A DNA stretch of 64,000 nucleotides from Vicugna vicugna (taxonomy: Eukaryota), in NCBI GenBank assembly GCA_013265495.1, contig MU059829.1, positions 3,782,001-3,846,000 on the forward strand. Direction: 5' to 3'. The notes beneath the pieces were generated by a model, which saw only the letters and a list, made by a program, of their open reading frames with translations, did no database searches and was not told the DNA's origin. Shown here one piece after another: positions 24,001 through 36,334 of the stretch (the first letter of the stretch is position 1; each line of letters opens with the position of its first letter). The translations under genes were made by a program, and so were the position numbers.

Positions 24001-26351
24001 GTTCTGCCCCCTGGACCTCGAATTCCAGGACATTCCCAGCTGTCCCTGACCCCGCCCGGGAGATCGCCTGCAGACGGGGGTGAGCACACCTCTTGGAAGC
24101 GAGCTGTCTGCAGGCTCAGCACAGGGTCCGAAGCTGCATCCTGAGGGTCGCCAGGCAACGTGAGGACCACAGAGAGAACGTGGCCAGCTGCGCTGGGGAG
24201 ACACCACGACGAGAGGGCGGCAGCGGTGGTCTGCACGGTCTCCCCACACTTTCTCCTTCTCAGGGAAATGACCCCCCCCAGAGGCAAGGAGAACAGCCGT
24301 CCCCCAGCACGGGTTCTGGGGTGCACCCGGGGCGGGGTGCTGGGGCCTGGAGTCCTGCACGGACCCCACCACCCACACAGCTCTTGGCTTCTGCTTGCTT
24401 TGTGGGGACTGAGGGCTGGAGGAGGTGACGGCTTTCAAGCACTCAAAGTGCCCAAACTCGAGACCGAGTCCAAAGCCACCGGAGGCAACACCCCACTCTG
24501 AGCACCGATCGTCCTCAAATACCAAAGACGCGGAGTCGCCCGGGTCCACACACACGCGTTTTGATGCTTTCCACAGCTGTGACTGAACTGACACACTCGA
24601 GATGCCTCCTCCCATTCCCGACCTCCTCCTGCGAGGAAACTGAGTCTCAGGAGGTGACGAGAACCCCCCGGTCCCGGTGCCCGGTGATGGAGCCAAGCTT
24701 CCATCCCAGCGTCTGACTGGGCACCGGCCCGCCTTCCACCCACGGACGCTCCTAACACGTTCGGGAATCATGAAACCGAAATGAAACGTGAGCCTGTCCT
24801 CAAGCTCAGGGGACTGGGCGCCACTCGCTGGCTTGGTCCTGGCCCTTCCTGCGAGCACTGCTGGGGCCCACCTCTCATGTCACCCAGGAGGGTGACATCT
24901 GTGCACACATTTCACTTAAAACACATTTACTTCCATTTAATAGAAGAAATTGGCATTTGTGCAGCTGAAGTTGTCCAAGTTCACAAACACACCGCCCTCG
25001 AGCTCCCCTAGAGGAAGAGAAAGGACCGGTCCACACCCCCAAACCACTGCGCCCTCCGTTCCCGAGACGGCTTGAGTTGCTTTCCCCGAGAGTCTTCCAA
25101 ACCTCTCAGCTCCAGAAGTAAATCTGACCGGACACAAAATAGTTCTTACACCGTCATCATCCGATGCGGCCTGACGTCTGATGTCCGGCAGCCAAACTCC
25201 CAAGTGTTCCCGCAAACCACCTTTCAGACCCAGGACTGAATGTCTTCGCAGTTTCTTCGGCTGCCTGTGCCTCCTCGCGGCTACAGGCCTCTCCAGCTCC
25301 CAGGGAGCCTGTCCCTGCGGCCCCGCGGTGTAAGCAGGGTCAAAAATGTGCTGCTTCCTGGACAGGGGGACGTTCCAGCCGCTCAGCAAGCTTGTCACAC
25401 ATTGAGAGAACTCAAGACAAACCAAGTCACACACCTATTCCCTCCCCTAAAATTGTTCCCCCAGATTCTCCTCGTTTTTTAAAGAACAGGCACACGAGTG
25501 AAGGCGCTAGTTTCATGCAAAATCATTGCAAACATGATCCGGACTCGGGTATTAAATGACTCCTCTGAACGCTCTCTGCTCCACGTGCTCTCCGACGCCC
25601 GTTCACCTCTGCTCCCAGAGAAAGGACCTTGAGATCAGGAGGCAGAGAAAGCCAAGCGTTTCCCCCCATAAAGACCCCCCTCGTCTGCCTGCCGGGCCCT
25701 TCCAGGCCCCCTGAGGGCAGGCACCCAGCAACCCCACGGCCCTTCTCTGGGGCAGCTTTTCAGGAGCACGACCAGAGAAAGCTCAGGCTCTGTTAGGAGA
25801 ACTGAGCCAGAAAATTCTGCAGGACCATAACGCATCCAGAGGCACAAAGGAGACACCGCGGTCTCGAGCTGAGACCCCTACAAGCACCGTGTTCTGCCCC
25901 GTCCCCTCCAGGCCACAGTCCAGGTCTAAGCTGAATAGCTCTGCTCTCTTCTTTCTCTTTCTTAAGAAATACCCGCGTTTATTTCACCCCATTTCAGACC
26001 TGCCCTCTCCTCACAGGGGCTCTCCTTCCTGAGATGTGTGAAAACTGCAGGCATCAATCAGCCAACCCGGGGACGCGCCGGAGGTGCTGCAGAACCCGGG
26101 GTTAAGACGCAGGTGCTGGGAAGAGGCCCCGAACCTCCACAACAGAGAGTGTGCAGATCCAGACTGCGTCAGAGACACCCGGGGCTCCGACCTGACTGCC
26201 GGCTGACTTTTCCAGCACGGAGAGGATGGTGCTGTCCACTTTTCTTCACCCTGACATGGATCCATCTAGGAAATCTGAGTGCAACCAGCTGGTGCACAGC
26301 TACCACTCCAACGCCTCGAATGAGAAAAGGAAAGAAGAGACGGAAACTTAC

Positions 26352-26430
26352 CCCGAGAGAAAGGAAAGAGGCAGAGAGGAGAGAGGCTCAGCCTGCAGGC
26401 TCCGGCCGAGGGAAGCAGAGAGCTTCTCGC
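26352..26430 (-). other. MYOM2: MYOM2 non-coding exon 1 (TSS approximate)
   Basis: Consensus donor GGG|gtaagt at 26352/26351, ~5.9 kb upstream of exon 2 and directly downstream of a TATA-like/CArG box and MEF2 site; no ATG in the exon. Confidence 0.75.
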
Positions 26431-26452
26431 TCCAAACGCCCGCCACTCCCTC

Positions 26453-26483
26453 CCTTTTATGGCCGAGGAAATGCTATTTATAG
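26453..26483 (-). promoter_or_regulatory. MYOM2: MYOM2 proximal muscle promoter: MEF2 site CTATTTATAG (26474-26483) and CArG/TATA-like CCTTTTATGG (26453-26462; CCATAAAAGG on minus)
   Basis: Exact matches to YTA(W)4TAR and CC(W)6GG about 25-50 nt upstream of exon 1; CAGCTG E-boxes at 26286-26291 and 26567-26572. Confidence 0.8.
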
Positions 26484-27043
26484 ACGCCTGGGACGCCTGG
26501 CCCCACACTGATACCTGCGTCGTCGTAAATCATGAGCCTGATCTTAGGAGGGAACAAGTCTAACTCCAGCTGGGAAAAATTGAAACATGGAAAGCGCCCT
26601 CCTGACTCACGAAGGGCGCTTTTCATGCCCAGGAAACTGAAGATGCAGCTACTGACCCCAGAGAAGAGGGCGGGGCTGGCAGCCCGCCCTCCCCACGCAT
26701 CTTCACGCCACGCAGGAGTTCACAGACTCATTTTCAGTCCTTGGGAGCTAGTCTCCCTGGTCCCTAAACGGACACTCCCAGAGGGGTCCCTAGCCACCAC
26801 TTGACTGCAATAAGCATGTTTACCATTTTGGCCGCAGCCCCGAACTCCAAGGGCACGGTTAGCCATGGATGGAGGATGAGGGACAGTGGCCTCTGTGGTT
26901 GTGAGTGTTTGGTTGTTTTTTGGTTTTGTTTTTGCTTTTTAATTTCAGAGACGACTGGAGCTCTGACTCGGTTTCATCCTGGGGTTCGTTTAGCCAGAAC
27001 TCCTACCTAAAAGAGGACCTGTGCCTAGTCGGCAAGTTACATC

Positions 27044-27053
27044 TTATTTATAG
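27044..27053. promoter_or_regulatory. Distal MEF2 consensus site TTATTTATAG
   Basis: Exact YTA(W)4TAR match ~570 bp upstream of the proximal MEF2 site; function inferred. Confidence 0.5.
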
Positions 27054-27399
27054 TCATTACCACAGGCGTGCGCGGCATCCGAACCGCCCAGATGACTGCA
27101 GGCTGCCCGTGCTTTTGCACAGCATGTGTCCAAATATAAATAACATGCGACTGGCATGATCGATCTTGGCTGTCACCAGGCACCCACTGCCCAAGGGCCC
27201 CGTCTCAGAGGCCAGGCCCAACCGTGGTCCCACCGGGAGCCGGGGGGCTTCCGCAGGCCGACTGCGGGGCTCTGTCTCCCCGTCTGTAAAGCACATGAGA
27301 GCAACTGGCTCTGAAGTTTGCTGCAGAAACTAGAGAGAAAAACATACGGGACGTGCCCAGGAGTCTGAAAAACAGGTCAGTGGACAAGATGAGAGTCAC

Positions 27400-27765
27400 A
27401 AAGGCACAGAGACATGGACACAACCCAGGTGCCCGTCAGCAGCTGACCGGCTTCAGAAGGTGTGGTGTAGACACATGCACTGTGGAATATTACTCAGCCA
27501 TGAAAAGGAATGGAATATTGTCATCTGCAGCTACATGGATGGACTGAGAGCCGTCACAGTAAGTGAAGCCAGCCAGCCAGAGAGAGGCAAATATCGCATG
27601 GCATCATGTATACGTAGAATCTAAACTATGATGCAATGACTCTATATAAAACAGAAAGAGACTCACAGACGCAGAAAACAATCTATGGTCACCAAAGGGA
27701 AAGCTGGGGCAGGGATGAACTAAGAGTTCGGGATGAACAGACACACACCACTATGTAAGAGCAAG
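27400..27765 (+). mobile_element. LINE-1 ORF2-end/3' UTR fragment
   Basis: TGGAATATTACTCAGCCATGAAAAGGAATG..CATGGATGGAC..GACTCACAGACGCAGAAAAC. Confidence 0.8.
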
Positions 27766-28279
27766 ACACACTGAACCCCAATTTCTGAGTGCGTTTCCCT
27801 GACACACCTTCTCGTTTCTCCTGACGTCCCCAGCAACCCACCCACCAGACCACGGGCCGCTTCTCCCCAGGTCACGGCACAACCTCTGTGCTCAACAGAG
27901 GGGTGGGTCAGAGACGTGGAAACTCACTTCAGTAAACGTGACTGTGAATAGTGGCTCAGAACTGAAAAAACATCCATGGTTGACAAAGCGAGGCTGTATT
28001 TAGTAATTCTTTACCTCCATTTATCGGATACGTTCACATATATCTACGTATATGTACTTTACATACATATACACTTTAAAATGTACACATACTTTAATTA
28101 GCATTTATGGGACATCCACTATGTCCCCAGCTCTGCGCAGTGCGTGATACGTCAGGTGTCCCAGTGACTCTCACTTCTGTCCGTGACGAAGGAGTTCTAC
28201 CCCACAGACAAAACGAGACTGCGCCCAGCAGGACGGGGTTCTCATCTGCAGCAACTGAAATCCAGAAAAAATGCAAACA

Positions 28280-28520
28280 GAGATAGATGAGAAGGTGAAA
28301 GACGGACAGAGGATGCACAGAATAGCTAGGACAGACAGACCGACAGATCGATGGTGGATGACTGGTGATAGAGGACAGACAGACAGACTGGCCGATACAG
28401 ACAGGTAACTGACTGACTGATGACACCCACACTATTGAAAGATCGATCGATAGATTGATGATAGATATTTGATAGACTGATTGATTGCTGATTGATAATA
28501 GATGGATGGATGGATGACGA
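28280..28520. repeat. Degenerate (GACA/GATA/GATG)n tetranucleotide tract
   Basis: Seen directly. Confidence 0.8.
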
Positions 28521-28544
28521 TCCATCACCAGCCAGGATTTGGGG

Positions 28545-28763
28545 CACCTTCACACCACCCTCTCCTCTGTCTCTGTGTCCTTTTCTGTCCCTATCAGGCA
28601 CCCTCACTGGATCCAGGGTCCCCCAGACTCCAGTACGACCCCAGCACAATCCTAACTAATTACATCTGCTAAGACTCTGTTTCCAAATAAGGTCGCACTC
28701 GGAGGCTCCAGACGGACGTGAATGTTCCAGGGGCCAGAGCGGGAGGCGCTCTTCGACCCAACA
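28545..28763 (-). mobile_element. MaLR LTR fragment (MLT1 family)
   Basis: ATTACATCTGCTAAGACTCTGTTTCCAAATAAGGTCGCACTC resembles the reverse complement of the recalled MLT1 5' end. Confidence 0.7.
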
Positions 28764-28842
28764 GGAGACCAGCAAAATAAACAGTATGCAGAAGTCCCAG
28801 GTGTCCATGTCATGGGAGTTACAGGCACATTTTAAACTGCCC

Positions 28843-28923
28843 ATGACTGGACTGGGACACTGTGCCGTACACCAGAAACTGACACACTGTAATAGTACTT
28901 CAGTTAAAAAAATAATAATAAAA
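28843..28923 (+). mobile_element. Very short LINE-1 3' tail with poly(A)
   Basis: GACTGGGACACTGTGCCGTACACCAGAAACTGACACACTGTAA..TACTTCAGTTAAAAAAA, an L1 terminus I associate with camelid genomes. Confidence 0.65.
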
Positions 28924-29050
28924 TACCCATAACTAATACGCTGAGGAAAAAAGGTTACAAGGTAGAGAATTTCATCAGAGAACTGAAATTTTATTTTTAA
29001 GGATAGCATAGATATTTTTGTAATTTATTCCTTACTTTAAAAAAAAAGAT

Positions 29051-30270
29051 CTTTTTAGATCAGTTTCAGGATCACAGCAAAATGGAGTGGAAGGTACAGA
29101 GATTTCCCAGAAACTCTCTGCCCCCGACACGCACGGCCTCCCCCGTTACCGGCCTCCCCCGAGACGGTGCATTTGTCACAGTCACTCGAAGCCCACTTAT
29201 AGCAGGGTCCCCTCTTGGTGACGTACTGCACGTGGATAACGATGTGCACCGGTCACTACAGTGTCACACAGAGTAGGTTCACTGATGACAGTGCCTCTGT
29301 ATCCCGCCTGGTCCTCCCTCCCGTCCCAGCCCCTGAACTTACTGCCCCCAAAGCTCTACCTTTTCCAGAAGGTCCTGGAGTTGGAATCATGCAGGTGACC
29401 TTTGCAGACTGCCTTCGTTCACTTAGGCACACTAATTTAAGGAGCCTCCTCGTCTTTTCATGACTTGAAGATTCATTTCTTCTTGGTGCTGAATCATATC
29501 ACAGCTTATTTATCCATTCACCTGCTGACGGGCGTCTTGGCTGCTTCCAAGTTGGGCAATTATGAATAAAGCTGCTGTAAACACCTGTGTGCAGGTACTG
29601 AATGGACTTAAATCTTAACTTATGAGACTGGTTTTCCTGAGTTTTCCAGTTCATCCAGCGGGAGTGCAGGGTAAGAGTAAGTCCAGTTTTGTAAAAACCA
29701 CCAAACCGTGGCTGCATGCCCGCTTCTGCCCCCGCCAGCAGTGACGAGAGCCCCGGCTGCTCCCCACCTCGCCGGCACCTGGTGTGTCAAGTCCGGACTC
29801 GGGCTGCTCTCACAGGTGTGCGGGGGTGCCTCGCGGCTTTAAGTTGCGTTTCCCTGGTGACACAGGATGTGAAGCCCCTTCTCAAATGCTGACTTGCCCT
29901 CTGTGTCTTCTCTGGTGAGGTGCCTTTTGTCAAGACCCTTTTTGAAGTGTCTTGAGCAGAAGTTCAAGTCTTCTGCCCAACTTTTAATCTAGTTTTTCAT
30001 TTTCTTCTGTTGATGTGTGAGTCCTTTGCACGTTTTGGGTAACAGTCCTTTATCAGATGTGTCTTTTGCAGATACTTCTCCCAGCCTGTGACTTGTCCGC
30101 TCATTGCCTTAACATCGTTCCACACAAAGCAGACGTTTTTAAATTACAAGAAGTCCCACCAATCAATTACTTCTTTCTTGGATCGTGTCTTTGTGCCGTA
30201 CCTAAAAGTCATCGCCACACTCAAAAGCCGTCTAGATTTTCTCCTGGAATTCATTTTTATAAAGAATGAA
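29051..30270 (-). mobile_element. Ancient LINE-1 (L1MC-like) 3' region
   Basis: TTTTAGATCAGTTTCAGG.TCACAGCAAAA..GGTACAGAGATTTCCC; TTATTTATCCATTCACC..GGCAATTATGAATAAAGCTGCTGTAAAC; CAGATGTGTCTTTTGCAGATACTT. Confidence 0.75.
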
Positions 30271-33143
30271 ATGAAAATTCTGGAAGTGGGAAATCCGACT
30301 GAAGAGGGTAAGAACTTCGTGGGCGTTTTTAGCAGCACCCACTCTCTCTCCTTCTGCCCCTGAGGCCGACACGCCCTCCCGTGGAGTAATCCCAGAGCAG
30401 GCGCAGGACTGGAGTGCGCTGCGAGCCCGTCGGCCAGGAAGGAAGCCCCACAGCCCCCAGGGCACCTGATGCGGCCCTCCGCAGGCCCTGACTCAGGAAC
30501 ACACCGCGGCGACCCGACGGCACGCCGGCCCGGCTGCCCTGCACAAGCTCGAGGAGGGAGAAGGGGCTGAGCACGCTGAGAAAAGCGCCGAAGACGCTGA
30601 GAAGATCCAAGCCAAACTTCAGGATGTACCACTGGGTCCTCTCCCATCACTGGTCCAGCGTCTCCGAGCCTCCCCCAGCGTAGGAACGACTCCGATCTCC
30701 GCCACACACTGCGCCCCAGCAGTGGCCTTGCCCCGCCGGCCTTCTGGTCTGTCGTGGTCACGTCCCGCTTGTCCACTTCCCACGGCCCTTTGGCTCCTTC
30801 CAATCTCCCTCCTGCCCCCTTCACCAGGACAACTTGAGGTCCCCATGACCCCACGTCACCACATCCAAGGGCATGTCTGCTCTCAGGCTGCGCGATCGCT
30901 CACCGCCGTCGGACCCGGCTGACCTCCCCCTTCCTGGAAAGTGCGTCCTCTGCCCCTGGGGTGCCACGCTCTCCCCGTCGTTTCCATGTCTCTGGATTTT
31001 TCTCTTCTCTGTCCTTGGCTGGCACCGCCTCCTACAGGCGCCATGAAATGTTGGAGCTCCCCCTCCCTGCATGGTTCACAGCCCCCTTCTCTTCCCACAA
31101 CCTCATGCTAGCTGCGAGGCCCCATCCCGAAGCAGGTGCCCTCCTAGGGTAACCAAGCCCTTATGTCCAGCTGCTCCCCCACCTCCTTCTGAAGAGCAGA
31201 CGGAACCTTAGACTCAACCGTCGAGGGCTAAACTCAGTCCCCACCCACTGCACCCACACTGGTCTCCGTGTCCAGGGTTCCCTGCCCCACGCGCAGCACA
31301 AGGTGGACATCCAGGACGCCTCCCCCAGGCCCCACCTCCTTCCGAACAATCCTGCTGCTGACCCTCAGTCTGTCCACTTCCATGGCCACCACCCCACTCA
31401 CGCTGGGTGGACCTCTTGCCTGAACTATGACTGTCACCACACTCTGCACACACCCCCTGGTGCCTCCAGGGACCCCACTGTAAGCGAGACCCCTTGTCTC
31501 CATCTGTCGCTGCACACTGGCCAGTCGATGTCGCCCACCGGACAGGGAGCCAGGGTGCTCTGCTGACCGGGAAGTCCAAGGACCCAGCTCCAAACCCGGC
31601 ACAAAAAGTACCAAACAAACTAGCTGATCTGCCTCCTTCCACACTAGCAAGAAACTGCACGGTGATCCCACTGGAATTCTTTCCAGTGTCAATGCAACTG
31701 GGCCGCGGGCGTCTGGGCATTCCTCACCGTCTCTGTAATGGAGCCCGGAGTTTTTCCATATTTTGTAAGCCAAAACTCCTCCTAGGAAACCTGGCAACAG
31801 CTCTCGCCACGTACCCTGCAGGTGTCGTGTGTGTGTTCTGTGACCTCCAACGTCTTCCTGGAGCAGATGGGGGAGCTGGGGACCCCCGGGGTCTCTGGCT
31901 CGCAAGGTCCATCTGGACCAGGTACAGGACAGGAATCGCTTAGCAGAGAGGAGACCCAGTGAGACTCTGAGGACGCACGTTGGGGAGGAAAGGCCGAGAC
32001 TGGGGCTGCTCACAGTGTAAAGGCGACCACAGGCTTCTCCGCCCTGATGAGAGCCACGACCATAACGTGGCCCTTAATGCAATATTGATGCTTGTGTTTA
32101 AGGCTATGGGAACTGCCCAGCTGACCACCAGAACGGGACACTGTAGGCCTTTCTTCTAAACCACCTGTCCCCTGCGCCCAAGGACTTGTGCAGGCAGACG
32201 GGGACTCGGTGTCCGCCTGCAGCTTCACGGTGACGGAACCGAGCCATGCCCATGCAACGAGCAGCATAAACCCATTCTCACTGTGCAAGTGCAGCTTCAT
32301 CCTGTCGGTTCTGCCTACAGGTTTCTGCTCCCAGACGTGGGCCTCCACCGATGGGACGTTTATCTCGACACTGTCATCAAACAGTCAGAACCAGCCTGGA
32401 GGCGGTGAGACCTGGCCGGAGCGCCCTGAGCTGGTTCTCAAGGGCACTGGCTCCTGGCCTGGTTTTCCTGTTTGTTAATCTGTCCCTGAAGCCGCGCGGC
32501 CCGGGCAGATCCTCTCCCACCGCCCCGGCCTTGGCGGCCCCATTTGGAAAGTGAGATTAGGTGATCCTTGTTTAAGCCCCGATAGGCTATGGTTTCAATC
32601 CTGGATGACTGAGCAGGGAAGGGAGCGTTACCCCCACAGACAGGGTCGCCAGCTGCCTGGCTTGGAACGGGAGCCAGGGAACAGGGACACAGGGCAGTCA
32701 CGCCAGGAGGATTCTGTTCTGAAAGCGCTTAATGGCATAAAGATTACCACCAACGCAGCCAAGCCACGCACTTAGAAGAACAGAGGTTGTAACGGAATAA
32801 AAATGGGTGGAGGGTAAGAGCGGGTTCAGCAGGAGACAGACCACGCGGACCACGCAGCCCTGGGCTCTTGGGGGCGGCAGTGGATGTGGTGTGCAGACAC
32901 AGGCAGGACAGAGGCCCACCCACCGAGGACCCTCAGAGCCGGACGGCACACTGGCAGGCGCCCCGCCCGGCCCCTTCCCTTCACCCAACAATTGCAGAAA
33001 TTGAGGCCCCAAAAAGTCTTTAAAAATCAGCAGGGTCACACGTCCTGCATGGGCTTGAACTAAAATTCAAGTATCTTTATCTTCAAGCCCTTGTGACTGA
33101 GCCTCCAGGGAAGGGCTGGTTCCCATAGCTGGAGTGTGAAGCC

Positions 33144-33254
33144 AGGTCAAGGTCAAGGTCATGGCCATGACCACAGTTCAGCACGTGACCTGGGCCACAA
33201 TCCACTCAGGGAGGTCACGGCCAGAGTGAGTTACGGGGTGACTCACACAGGTCA
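33144..33254. promoter_or_regulatory. Cluster of nuclear-receptor half-sites (6 perfect AGGTCA/TGACCT in 111 bp, including two TCAAGGTCA)
   Basis: AGGTCA at 33144, 33150, 33156, 33212, 33249; TGACCT at 33186; palindrome GGTCATGGCCATGACC at 33157-33172. Confidence 0.5.
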
Positions 33255-34241
33255 AGTCTGCTGACACGCCAGGCCCCCAGACACGTGAAAACATGGGCTT
33301 AAGTTCCAATTCTTTCTAAACGCACGGCGGTAGGAAACAGTGGCTGGAATGCAGCATTGCTTAATGCTCATTTGCATCACGGTGCCGTCTGCCCCTCGCT
33401 CCCGGGAGCAGACACGGTGGGAAGGGCGGACCAGGGCGACCTCTGGGCCGGAGACCTGCTTTGCCCAACACCGGACGTCTGAACACGGCCAGGCCTGGAA
33501 AACCACAGTCGCCTCCCGGGGAGGTTCCAGTCTGCGTTCACATGACAGGAGTTTGCTTGTGTTTGCTCCTCGAACCTCCTGGGAACCCCAAGATTATGCC
33601 ACTGAGAGCTTCCCAGATCCCCCAAATACAACTCGGCTTTTCAAACACAAAGGTGCAGGAGGAACGGTTCAGCTAAGGTCAGGACAACACTCCGCCACCC
33701 CATCCCTGGACCGCTAGGCCGCTGGGCCCCTCTGGTTAGAACGAGGCCAGCCCTGCCGCGGGAAGTGGTCCTCATGGGCCCGGGGCCCCCTTGAGTGCCT
33801 GCAGGGTGAGGGGGCCCGACAGCACAGAACCGCCCCCCAGGACAGCCACCCGGGTCCAAGGCCACTGTTCCGAGGGCGCTGAGTGATCAGCACGCAAGCT
33901 GAGCAGAGCAATTGGCTAATGACACCAAATAAATGGCCAAATATTTGATTCGGGACTGACATTCAAGGCTTGTGTCCTTAAGGCTGTCTCTCATGAGCCC
34001 TGCGACAGTGCCCTGCGCCCTGGGCGCAGATGCAGGTTTCCCGTAAAGGAGGGGTGAGAATGAAGTAGGTGGCTCTTCGTCCAACCAGGGCTACCAGGAC
34101 CTGCCTGTCTCAGCTCCAAGCTCCCTGATCCCGTGATATCAGGGAACCCTACAACTTACCATCCAAGCGGAACCCCCTCTAAGAGTGAGAGGAGGATTGT
34201 GACAAACACTCGGGGACAACAGGCACACACCTGCTGTCACC

Positions 34242-34670
34242 TGGACAGCCGACTTCACGTGTCAAGTGGGCGGGGCTGAGGGGCTCGCAGGGAGCTGGCA
34301 AGAAGTGGTCCTGGGGTGTCCGTGAGGCCGTGTCTGGAAGAGGTCAGCATTCGGTGGGGTCACTGAGCAAAGACGGCCCTCCCCGTGTGGGCGGCGTCTT
34401 CCCAGCCTTGGCGGTCCTGACTAGAGCAAGATGGAGGAAGGGAGAGCGTCTCGCTCTCCTCCTGCCCTGGGGCGTCAGAGCTGCCGGCCCTCAGACCCTG
34501 GAGTTGGACGGTGTCCCACCCCCAGCCGTCCTGGTCGCCAGCCTGCAGATGCTGGGCGCAGGGCTTTCTGGCCTCTGTAACCCCTGGGCCACTTCCCACA
34601 ATCCACCTCCTCTTGTGTCTGTCTCTCTGCCCACCTGGCCCACTGGCTGGGTGGGGGACCCCGACACACA
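34242..34670 (+). mobile_element. ERVL solo LTR (MLT2B-like), GC-shifted
   Basis: CACGTGTCAAGT..GTCCGTGAGGCCGTGTCTGGAAGAGGTCAGCATT..CTGAGCAAAGA..GGAGGAAGGG follows the recalled MLT2 layout. Confidence 0.65.
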
Positions 34671-35590
34671 CCCTAACCACACCCCGCGTGAGCCCAGCAC
34701 CCACGGACCTGGAGACGTGGACCCAATCAGGGGTCGGACGTACTTCAGAAAAAGGGACTCGCTTGCCAGGCGCTCTCTTGGTGAGGCTGGTGCTTTTTCT
34801 CCAAAAGACGATATTCTTCATTCTGGTCTGATTAAAAGCTGTGGTTTTGCTGTTTTTTCCATGAGCTACACATTCATTTTCCTTTTTTATGCTTGTGAGA
34901 AGCTTGCACAGAATCACCTCCCTTGCCTTGAGGTCCACACTGCCGCTCTTCTTTGAAAGATTTCTTTTATCATTGTTGTTGGAGACGCCGCCGAGAGAAA
35001 CGCAGAGATAAAACCCCAGCGGTAAAGTGTCCTAAGTTCATGGAAAGGTTGTTTACATAATTCTAATTCCAGCCAGTTAGGGCTGAAACTGCAGACCGGA
35101 TGCCCAGGGCCTAAGAGCACTTCAATTACTCGTAAATTAAGAGGTGACCTTCCTGAGTTAAACTTGGGGGTCATTTTAGAAATTTGAGAAACTATTTTCA
35201 AAGTGCACATAAATAAGGCTATTACTACGCTGCCCCAGGAGAGGCAGGAGAGAATGTCTCGTTTTTATTTTTGAGAACTATTCCTGGGGCTGTCATATAA
35301 TAGACACTCGATAACATTCCTTGGTTTGGTTGTTTAAAAGAAAATAAAATGAACTGATTCAAGACATGGGGTCCAGTCAGGAACGGGACCTGCTTTAATC
35401 CTGTGGAAAGTGAAGGCAGAGGAATCAACTGCGAACTCTTTTGACGTACAGATGAGATGATGCTAAAGGATCAAAAATTAGCAATAAACAAATAGTTATT
35501 ATTACTAGTCATTACACAATTCATTCTCATTTCTGAATTCAACATTACTCTGTTATTAACTATCTGCAGATTACAAGTACTCCTTTAGCC

Positions 35591-36289
35591 CAAAGTTTCT
35601 CAAACATTTCAGTTTTGGGCCCTAATCACCCTTCAAAACATCCCAGACAGCCTGTATTTATGTGGGTGATGCCGCCCCATATTTACCCCGTTAGAAACGC
35701 AACTCATTTTAAGGTAACGAAGTCTAACCCATCACATGTTAACAGAAATAACGTATTTATGAAAAATAACTATTTTGAAAACAAAACAAAAAAATAGAAT
35801 GGGACGCTTTTCTATGTTTGCAAATCTTTGGTCTTAAGACAAGACAGCCGGCGCCTGTTCTGCGCTCAGCTCGCGGCGCCCCAGCTTGGGGCGGAAACGC
35901 GGGGAGGGGCCCGGGCGCCCAGGGCCCGGCCTGAGTCAGGGCTGTGAACAGGCTTCCCGTTTGCTGGAGGCAACGCTACCCGGTGATTCCTGAGGATCAG
36001 GTGCGACGTGGAAGCTGACGCCGCAGCCACAAGCCCGCGCGCCACGCTGGCGTCCCGGGACCGCGCCGCCGCCGGGGCGTCCTCCCCGCTCTGCGCGGGG
36101 CGTCGTGGGCCGTTCAGAGAATCGCGCTCACCGAATTCACGCGGGAATTCCAAATTCCACCGCACGGGAGCAGAGGCTCACGCTGGTAACTCAGCCGCCG
36201 ATCTCATCAGTACTGGAAAGCTTTGGCCCCAGACTCCCTAAGAGGGCACAGATCTCCGGGAGACTCAGGACGCACTCTGAGAAGCGCCA
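35591..36289 (+). mobile_element. hAT-Charlie DNA transposon relic (Charlie1-like deletion derivative)
   Basis: Degenerate TIRs CAAAGTTTCTCAAA / TCTGAGAAGCGCCA; 8-bp flanks CTTTAGCC / TTTCAGCC (6/8, TSD-like); internal AACCCATCACATGTTAACAGAAATAAC and CCGATCTCATCAG match the recalled Charlie1 consensus. Confidence 0.7.
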
Positions 36290-36334
36290 TTTCAGCCTAA
36301 CCTGCAAAGCTTGACAAGGTGCGCGTCCAACTTG

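Noticed and set aside
23631-24858. 231-aa and 324-aa minus-strand ORFs in MYOM2 intron 1
   Set aside because: Non-ATG starts, G/P/R/S-rich composition and no domain; expected from stop-codon scarcity at high GC.
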